This document shows, in pieces, positions 49,172-64,000 of a stretch of 64,000 nt of DNA (the first letter of the stretch is position 1; each line of letters starts with the position of its first letter). The stretch is taken from assembly GCA_963816145.1 (NCBI GenBank), contig CAWFJP010000001.1, positions 256,001-320,000 of the forward strand, written 5' to 3'. The stretch comes from an uncultured delta proteobacterium (GTDB taxonomy: Bacteria; Desulfobacterota; Binatia; UBA9968). A program made the position numbers and the translations under genes. The notes beneath the pieces are model-generated. The model searched no databases. It had not been told where the DNA came from and saw only the letters and a list, made by a program, of their open reading frames with translations.

Positions 49172-50289
49172 CTATTCTTTAAGTCCCAGCACATTGTACG
49201 CTGTCACCGCGCGCTGGAAACCTTTTAGCGTCAATTCGCCAATGGGGTCGACCTCGGCGAGATCGGTGATGCTGGCCAAAAACCGTTGGGGTATCAAAAT
49301 CTGTCCGGGCTTGGCCTCGCCGCATAGACGCGCCGCGAGATTGCACACCGTACCGATGGAGCCGTAGTCCCAACGCCCCTCGAAACCGATGGCGCCGATG
49401 GTCGCGTAACCTTGGGCGATGCCGATGCCCATGCCGATGTCATAGCCGAGTTTGCTCCAAGCGCTGCCTATCGACTCGAAGCGCCCGCGCATCGCCAGCG
49501 CCATGCGCACCGCGCGTTCCTGCGGGTTGGGCACCGGCAGCGGGTCGTTGAATAACACCATCATGCCGTCGCCGATGAAGCACTCTAGGGTCCCCTCGTG
49601 CTCCATGATCAGTTGGCCCATGGCGGCGTGATATTCACGCAGCACAGCCATGACTTCCTCGGGCTCGGCGGTTTCCGCAAACGCCGTGAAACCGCGCAGA
49701 TCGAGAAAGACCACTGTGACATCGCGCCGGTGCGTCTTGAGCGGATCGTCCGCGCCGCCCGCGACGATCAACTCGGCCAACTGCGGGGAAAAAAAACGTT
49801 TCAATCGTTCCAGTCGTTCCAATTGTTCCAGCTGGGATTGCACGCGCTGTTCCAGCGTCTTGTTCCACTCCGCAAGTTGCCGCAGCTTGCGCTTGCACCA
49901 TGTCGTGCAGTTCTTTGACACGCAACAGCGACTTTACGCGTGCCAGCAGCTCCGGCTTGATTGATCGGTTTGCTGAGAAAATCGTCCGCGCCGGCTTCGA
50001 TGCCCTTCACCCGCTCCTGGGACGGATCGAGCGCCGTCACCATCACCACCGGGAGCATTTTCGTCGCCGGTTTCTCGCGAATCGCATGGCAGACCTCGTA
50101 ACCGCTCATCCCAGGCATAACCACGTCCAACAAAACCAAATCCGGCGACTCGTCATCGATCTTCGCCAACGCCTCCTGCCCCGACGCAGCCGTCACCACC
50201 TCATAGCCCTTCACGCCCAGCAGATCGGCCAATAGCTTCACATTGCGCGGCGTATCGTCGACAACCATTATTTTCGCGGGTGTGTTCAC
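49172..50289 (-). CDS. Response regulator-adenylate/guanylate cyclase (REC + class III cyclase; two frameshifts near 49955 and 49885)
   Basis: VVDD..LLDVVMPG..DDFLSKP joined via ELLARVKSLLRVKELHD to FLDLRGFT, GDG and DYGSIGTVCNLAARL. Confidence 0.85.
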
Positions 50290-50299
50290 GGTAGAATCC

Positions 50300-50443
50300 C
50301 GTAAGGGGTTAGGGGTGAAGGGTAAGGCGTTCGGACATTTCGTCAGTCTGCATTTTAGTTTTGTAAACTTTGCGTCCTTGGCGAGCTTTGCGCAAGATCT
50401 CCGTTTTCCGAATCGCCTAACGCCTCACCCTTTACGCCTTACG
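50300..50443. repeat. Palindromic heptamer element with an internal nonamer arm
   Basis: cgtaaggggttaggggtgaagggtaaggcg / cgcctaacgcctcaccctttacgccttacg; ctttgcgtccttggcgagctttgcgc inside. Confidence 0.8.
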
Positions 50444-50815
50444 ATTCTCCCCTAGAACTCGTTCCACTTCGCCGAGAAAGTCTTTAAGAGAAATCGGCTT
50501 GGTCTGGTAGCCGTCGAAGCCTTCGCCCAACATCGCTGTCCTGTTATTGGTCATCGCCGACGCGGTGATGGCGATGATCGGGATGCTTTGGGTCTGCGGA
50601 TCGGCCTTTAACTGCTTCATCGCCGTAATCCCGTCCATCCCCGGCAGCTGAATGTCCATGAGTATCAGCGCCGGCGCCTGCCCACGCGCCAGATCGAGCC
50701 CCACCTCCGCCGTCTCCGACTCGATCGTCTGATATCCCTTCACCTGCAACACATCGCGGCAGAGCTTCCGGTTCTTCTCGTTATCTTCGATTATAAGTAT
50801 GAGTTCATTTGCCAT
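50432..50815 (-). CDS. Single-domain response regulator, DivK-like
   Basis: IIEDN, LMDIQLPGMDG, IIAITASAM, TKPISL. Confidence 0.92.
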   Translation of the reverse strand: MANELILIIEDNEKNRKLCRDVLQVKGYQTIESETAEVGLDLARGQAPALILMDIQLPGMDGITAMKQLKADPQTQSIPIIAITASAMTNNRTAMLGEGFDGYQTKPISLKDFLGEVERVLGENRKA

Positions 50816-50841
50816 AATAGTCTCGGGAAAAAGATATTTAC

Positions 50842-51510
50842 CTCGCGCCAAGCACGCCAAGGTCGCAAAGAAAGTCGATTACATTGGTTAGGAATCTTTG
50901 CTGCCTTGGCGCTCATTGCGCGAGATCGTCCCTATCCGAAATCGTTTCTCTTTTGCCAAGCAATAAGACCTACAAGATATTATTCATCCGCAAGTCCGTT
51001 AACAGCTCGCGTGATCCCTTTCTTCATTAAATCCTCGCCAAAATTGAGCAGAAAACCTAGCTTGAATCCTGTCAGACGCAAATACGTCTGCAACTGCTTT
51101 TTGTGCACCCGCGTAATTTGCTCAACCGATTTCAGCTCAAGAACTACCTTGCCCTCCACCAAGATATCTGCCCGGAACGCCTCGTCGAACTTTACCCCTT
51201 GATACTCGATGGGTATCGCCACCTGCCGTTCTGCCCGCAACCCATGTTGCGTCAGCTGATGCGCCAAGATTACTTCATAGACGGATTCCAGCAGCCCAGG
51301 TCCCAAGTCGCGATGCACAGCAATCGCTGAGTCCACAACGAGTTTCCCGATTTCATTCTCAGTCATTGCTTAGCGTCCTTGGCGCCGTTCGCGCGAATGA
51401 ATACCTATCGGACTCGGATTGCCTCGCGCCAAGCTCGCTAAGGTCACAAAGGCCAAGCAGCCCCTCTCCAATATTGAATCCCTTGGCGTCCTTGGCGGCC
51501 TTTGCGCGAG
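50842..51510. repeat. Cluster of 29-bp nonamer-periodic inverted arms around the GxxExxY gene
   Basis: Left arms at 50842-50870 and 51423-51451; right arms at 50896-50924, 51369-51397 and 51482-51510. Confidence 0.8.
50980..51366 (-). CDS. GxxExxY protein (PD-(D/E)xK nuclease fold)
   Basis: LGPGLLESVY, FRADILVEGKVVLELKS, QLQTYL, GFLLNFG; 128 aa. Confidence 0.93.
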   Translation of the reverse strand: MTENEIGKLVVDSAIAVHRDLGPGLLESVYEVILAHQLTQHGLRAERQVAIPIEYQGVKFDEAFRADILVEGKVVLELKSVEQITRVHKKQLQTYLRLTGFKLGFLLNFGEDLMKKGITRAVNGLADE

Positions 51511-51516
51511 ACATTC

Positions 51517-54500
51517 TTACCCGATCGGGAGTGTAAACGTAAAGGTGCTGCCTTTGCCGACTTCGCTTTCGACCCAGATTTTGCCGCCGTGCATTTCGAC
51601 GAAGCGTTTCGTCAGCGTCAGCCCTAGTCCCGTGCCCTCGCGCTTTTGCGCGTAGTTGCCGCTGGCTTGGCGGAATTCTTCGAAGATCGCTTCCTGGTCC
51701 TCCTTGGCGATGCCGATGCCGCTGTCGACGACCGACAGGATCACAGAGCTGTCGCCCAGCCGCGCCTCGACCTTCACTTGCCCGCCCTCCGGCGTGAACT
51801 TCACCGCGTTGGTGAGAAGATTTACGAGAATCTGTTTGACCTTGCGCTCGTCGCCGCTGTAGTCGCCCAAGCGCTCATCGATCGTCTGATCGAGCTTGAT
51901 GCCATGCCGGCTGGCGCGCTCACGCACTAGCAGCATGGCGTTGGTCGATGGCGTCCGGCAGATGAAACGTCGTCACTTCCAACTCCATGCGCCCGGCTTC
52001 GACCTTGGATAGATCCAAGATGTCGTTGATCAACGACAGCAAATGTCGTCCAGAGGAGAGAATATCGTCAACGTATTCGTTTTGCTTGTCGTTCAACTCG
52101 CCGAAGTACTTTTCCAACAGGACTTCCGAAAAGCCGATAATCGCGTTGAGCGGCGTGCGCAGTTCGTGCGACACGTTGGCAAGAAACTCCGACTTGTGCC
52201 GGTTTGCCGCTTCGATCTCACGGTTCTTATCACCGATCTCGCGGAACAGCCGCGCATTGTGAATCGCCAATGCCGATTGCGTCGCGAAGGTTTGCAAGCA
52301 GATTCACCACTTCAGGTTCAAACGTCCCGACTTGCCGCCGCCACACGGTCAGCCCACCCATGATCTGATGGTCGCGTAGAATCGGCACCGTCAGTAGGGA
52401 GCGATAACCGAGCCGACTGAGCAGCGGCCGATCCGCGAAGTCGAACGATCTCCGTCCGTCGAAAGTATCCGCGATCTGCACCGGCGCGCGAGTGAGTGCC
52501 GCCTGACCCGTCGCGCCTTCGCCCAACTTGATCCTCGCCGCTCTCAAACCTTCGACGGCCTCGGTTTCCATTCGATGGCTCGCTCGCAAGTTAAACTCTT
52601 GCGCGGCTTCATCGTACTCGTAAATTACACCGCAATCAGTGCCCGACAGATCGACGGCGCGCGCGACGATGGTTTCAAGCACGGTCTCGAGATCAAGGCT
52701 GGAACTCACCGCCTGACCGACCTCGCTCAAGGCTTTCATTTCTTCGACGGACTCGACAAGCTCGCGCGTCCGTTCTTGCAACTCTTGAAACAGCCGGACG
52801 TTCTCGATGGCGATGACGGCCTGGTCGGCAAAGGTTTTGAGAAGCGCAATCTGCTTGTCGGTAGAAAGGGCGGACTTCGAGTGCGGCGAATAAAGATGGC
52901 CCCGATTGCAACTCCCTCACGGAGCAAGGGCGCAACTAAAAGAGTGCGAAGACCAGCGGCTTGTGTAAACGTCCGGCTTTCGGGAAATTCGGCTTGAGCC
53001 TCCGGGCTCATCATGTCGTCGACGTGAACGACCGCGCGATCGATCATAGCTCTGCCAGGAGGCAAACCCGCGGATGAGCGGTCTAGGTTTATCGCGGTCG
53101 GGGATTGGCATAGATCCGTATGAAGCCACGAGCCGATAACCGGCGCCGTCCATGCGGTAAATGTTGGCGTCGGATGCCTCACATAGCCGGCTGCATTTTC
53201 GGCAACGACGTCCAACACCGGCTGAATATCCGTCGGTGAGCTTGCGATGACGCGGAGAATCTCGCTCGTCGCTGTCTGCTGCTCCAGCGCCTCGGTGAGT
53301 TGGCGATTGCGGGTGTCGAGCTCGTTGAACAGCCGTACGTTTTCGATGGCGATGACGGCCTGGCTAGCGAAGGTTTCAAGCAGTTTGACCTGCCGGTCGG
53401 TGAAAGGCCTCACCCCCTTGCGGCGAAGACCAATCGCCCCTAGCGAAACTCCCTCTCTTAGCAGTGGTGTCCCGAGGTATGTTCTTTGACCGGAGCGTTG
53501 TAGAGATTCCCTCGCTTCCGGGAACTCGGTGTCTACCAGCGCAGCCAAGTCATGGATGTGAAGAGTCTTTCGATCGACAAAAATTCGACCCATGACGGAG
53601 CCGCGACTGATGGATCTTACCTGAGTCGCGGGAGTTCCCCCGTAATTAGCTGCGAGTCGAATGAGGTCGCCATCGGAACGAAAAATCTGCGCGTCGTCTG
53701 CGTCGCAAAGCCGTGCGGCATTTTCAGTCACCACATCCAATACAGGCTGAACGTCCGTCGGTGAGCTAGCGATGACCCCTAAGATTTCACTCGTTGCCGT
53801 TTGCTGCTCAAGCAGCTCCTTGAGCTCTTGGAACAGCCGGACGTTTTCGATGGCGATGACAGCCTGGTCGGCGAAGGTTTTAAGAAGAGTGATTTGATTG
53901 TCTGAGAACGGCCGGGCTTCGAAACGACGAATGAGAATGTATCCAAGCGCAGTCCCTTCGCGGAGCAAGGGGGCGGCCAGCAGTGTCCTTGTGCCACTCT
54001 CTTGGGTGAACGACCAAGCTTCGCGGAATTCAGTCTGGACGTTTGGCGCCAAAGTGTCGGGAACGTGAACAATCTCTCGATCGAGAATTGCTCTTCCTCC
54101 CGCGACACCTCGAATGATCGGTCGGCCTTCTTCGACCTTGGGAATAGGAATCGAACCATAATGGGCAGCGAATCGAACCCGCTCTCCGTCGACGCGCCAA
54201 ATCTGCACATCGACAGCGTCGCAAAGCCGCGCCGCGCTTTCCGCCACAGTATTCAGCACCGGTTGAATATCCGTCGGCGAGCTGGCGATGACGCGCAGAA
54301 TCTCGCTCGTCGCCGTCTGCTGCTCCAACGCTTCGGTAAGTTGGCGGTTGCGAGTATCGAGTTCGTTGAACAGGCGGACGTTTTCTATAGCGATTACGGC
54401 TTGGCTGGCGAAGGTTTCAAGCAGCTTGATCTGTTTATCGGTAAACGGCCGAACTTCGGTGCGGCGAATCAGGATTAACCCAAGAGGCAAGCCCTCGCGC

Positions 54501-57500
54501 AGCAATGGCGCGCAAAGCAGAGTCCGAACCCCAAAACGCTCTTGGGCGCCCTTGCTTTCAGGAAACTTGGTTTCGACCTCTGCGGCAAGGTCATGAATAT
54601 GAATCGTTTGCCGGTCGATAATCGCTCGCGAGGGAGCGTGGCCGGGGGTAATGAGCGCACCTCGCCTCCTGACCGCGCGTCGGCATCGACCCATAGGACG
54701 CTACCGATAGAAGGAATTCACCCTCGACACGTTGGATCTGAGCATCTGTTGCGCTCGCAAAGTCGCGCGGCATTTTCCGCGACTACATCCAGCACCGGCT
54801 GAATATCCGTCGGCGAGCTGGCGATGACGCCAAGAATCTGGCTCGTCGCGGTCTGCTGCTCCAACGCTTCGGTGAGTTCTTGAAACAGCCGCACGTTCTC
54901 GATGGCGATGACCGCTTGATCGGCGAAGGTCTTGAGCAGCGCGATCTGGTCATCGGTGAATGGCCGCACTTCTGTTCGACGGATGCGTGAGGCGCCGATG
55001 GCAGCGCCCTCGCGTGTGAAGTGGAACCGCCAATGCCGTTCGAATCCCATGCGAACCGAGTTAGGGATCAGTTCAGGATCCACTCCGGGTTCCGTCTGGG
55101 TATCGTGGAGATAATCGTGCCGGTCGAGTATCGCGCGCCCACTCGATGACCCACGCGTGATCGTCGCGCCTCGCCAACGCCGAGAACCGGAGAGACACCA
55201 CCGTAACTTGCCGCCTCGCGCCAAGTCACATCCGCCCGCCAAATCTGCGCGTCCATCATCGCAAAGTTTCGCCGGCGCTCTCGACGATCACGTCGAGCAC
55301 CGGCTGCACGTCCGTCGGCGAGCGGCTGATGATGCCAAGCACTTCGCTCGTTGCCGTCTGATGCTCTAGCGCCTCGCGCAACTCCGCGTTGCGTTCGCCG
55401 AGTTCCTTGAACAAGCGCACGTTCTCGATGGCGATCACTGCTTGGTCGGCAAAGGTTTTGAGCAGAGCGATCTGCTTGTCGGTGAACGGCCGGACTTCCA
55501 AACGACGAATGCCGATCACACCAATCGGAACGCCTTCGCGTAACAACGGGGTGGCGAGCAGAGTTCGATAACCTAACCGCGCGCCCCGGCTTTCTGGATA
55601 ATCCGCGGAGACCTCCCGAAAGTCACGAACGTGAATCGTTTGTCGATCAACGATCGCTCGCCCCTGATGCGAATTGCGATGAGCGGCGTTTCCGTCCCAA
55701 TCGGGCTGCTAGGCGCTTCGCCGTAGTTGGCGACCTTGCGAAGGCGAACGCCATCAACTTCCATAAAAATTGCCGCATCCGTCGCTTCGCCGACCCGCGC
55801 TGCGTTCGCGGCGATAACATCCAGCACCGGCTGAATGTCGGTCGGCGAACTCGCGATCACACCAAGGATTTGGCTCGTCGCTGTCTGCTGCTCTAGCGCT
55901 TCGGTGAGCTCTTGGAACAGCCGCACGTTCTCGATGGCAATCACCGCCTGGTCGGCGAACGTTTTCACCAGGTTAGTCTGATTTTCCGTGAAGGGCTTCA
56001 CGTCGCGCCGCCACATGCCCAGGGCGCCGATCGGGACGCCTTCCTTCAGCAGCGGAACAGCCAGAACGGTTCGAAAGCTAAATTCACGCTGATCGCCGAT
56101 GAAAACATATTCAGGATCGTTGTTCACATCCTCGATGTGGACAACGTTTCGACGCAAAATCGCCCGTCCAACTGCCGTTCCTTGTGTCGCCGGTGTTGGA
56201 AATCGCCTTTTGCCGACCTCAACCTGCTCAGGAGTCATCCCGTGCTGCGCTTCGATGGTGACAAGCTGACCGTCAAAGCGATGGGCGGAACCGAACGATG
56301 CTTCGCAAAGCTGTGTCGCGCTCCGCACGATCGCATCAAAAACCGGCTGGACGTCCGTCGGCGAACTGCTGATCACCCGTAGCACGTCGCTGGTCGCGGT
56401 CTGCTGCTCCAATGCCTCAGTAAGATCGCGGTTGCGAACTTGCAGTTCCTGGAATAGACGGGCGTTCTCGATGGCGATGACGGCTTGGTCGGCGAAGGTT
56501 TGAAGTAGCGTCACGTGCTTCTGTGAGAACGGTCCGACATCGGAATGCCAAACTGTGATTGCGCCGATCGGATCGGTCCCTCGGAGCATCGGCACGGCCA
56601 GGACGCTTCGGAAGCCCGTGATATCACTGGCCACATGCTCGGGATCATTCGCCACGTCCGAGACGTGGATGACCGAGCGATCGAGGATTGCTCGTGCCGT
56701 GAACAGATGGCGGCCCGGCCGGGTTGGAAAGAGCTGTCGGGATCGCTCCAGGGCCGCCGGTGGGTAGTTGCAATCGGCGACCATGTGGATCAGCTCGCCG
56801 TCGAAGCGGTAGACCGACCCGAAAAGCGCACCACAAAGCTTGACCGAATTTTGGGCGATAGTATCGAACACGGGCTGTAATTCAGTCGGAGCGCTGCTAA
56901 TGACCGCGAGTATGTCACTCGTCGCAGTTTGCTGTTCGAGCGCCTCGGTGAGTTCCTGGAACAGCCGCGTGTTCTCTATGGCGATGACGGCCTGGTCGGC
57001 GAAGGTTTCGAGCAGCTTGATCTGCACCGAGGTAAAAGCACGCTTCCTTTTTCTGCGAATGTGGATAACACCAATAGCCACACCGTCGCGCAGAAGTGGC
57101 GCCGAGAGTATGGTGCGGACACCCATCGCGATGCCGAGGGCTTTGGGAAATTCTTTCTCCGCCGCAGCCAGGTCAGGGATGTGAATCGTCTGGCGATCGA
57201 TGACCGCGCGACCGGCAGGCGATCCGCGATCGAAGACCCGGACCTCACCCAAACCAATAATCATGGCGACGGGTCCAAAATGCGCCGCGCTGCGCAACAA
57301 GTTGCCATCGACACGCAAGATCGCGACATCTTCAGCGTCGCAGAGTTTCGCCGCCCGCTCGGCGATGCCGTCGAGCACGACCTGGATGTCCGCCGGCGCC
57401 CGCGCGATCATCCGCAGGATGTCGCCGGTGGCTGCCTCGCGTTCGAGCCACGCATCGCGCTCGCTGCGAAGCTCCTGGTTCTCCCGGTCGAGCTGCGCGA

Positions 57501-57555
57501 TCGATGGCCGCGGCGCCGCGCGTGGCTTCTTAGCCGGTGTTTTCTTGGTTGCCAT
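51517..57555 (-). CDS. Giant cytoplasmic sensor histidine kinase: 10 tandem GAF + HisKA + HATPase (about 2000 aa; multiple frameshifts)
   Basis: Colinear ORF fragments; repeated [15 protein letters not shown]...EQQTATS junctions; [31 protein letters not shown]. Confidence 0.85.
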
Positions 57556-57576
57556 CCGCTACCTATTCACTGGGAA

Positions 57577-57740
57577 AATCCGAAATCCGAATATCGAAAT
57601 TCGAAACAAACCGCAGCCAAATAAATTCCAAACCGGGAAATTCCAAAACCTCGCATCCAATTCGAGTTTGTTTGGAACATTGCATTTGTTTTCATCATTT
57701 TGAATTTGTTTCGAATTTCGAAATTCGTGCTTCGAATTTT
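57577..57740. repeat. AAATCCG/AAATTCG heptamer palindromic element
   Basis: tcgaaattcgaaacaaa and tttgtttcgaatttcga form a perfect 17-bp inverted repeat. Confidence 0.85.
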
Positions 57741-57761
57741 TCGGCTCCTATCCGCCACCTC

Positions 57762-64000
<6,239 letters not shown>

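Overview
64 kb of a GC-rich chromosome. The gene content (many SsuA/NMT1 and family-1 solute-binding proteins, poly-GAF kinases, split b6-type bc complex) suggests an uncultured deltaproteobacteria-like or Candidatus Binatia-type bacterium; this is inference. Left third: ABC solute-binding protein arrays, a GT87 glycosyltransferase, an alpha/beta-hydrolase, a RelE/ParE toxin-antitoxin pair, acs, an SDR and a ferredoxin-NADP reductase. 21-27 kb: an operon of Rieske, cytochrome b6, subunit IV, an unannotated 55-aa membrane protein, an octaheme cytochrome c and a cupredoxin-like protein. Middle: ispF, MFS transporters, a His-lined beta-propeller, a LigJ-like amidohydrolase, an ActP/DUF294 acetate-type locus and a CCR4/nocturnin-like EEP. 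45-47 kb: tpx, a selenocysteine (in-frame UGA) AhpE-like peroxiredoxin and a CGFS glutaredoxin. 49-64 kb: two giant tandem-GAF histidine kinases (10 and at least 11 GAFs, 7/14-residue linkers alternating, constant junctions with variable cores) upstream of a DivK-like receiver and a REC-adenylate cyclase. A GxxExxY nuclease-fold gene nested in a nonamer palindromic repeat interrupts this locus. Intergenic spaces hold many distinct short-period palindromic repeat families. Scattered single-base frameshifts are most likely long-read indel errors. No rRNA, tRNA, CRISPR array or IS transposase was recognised.
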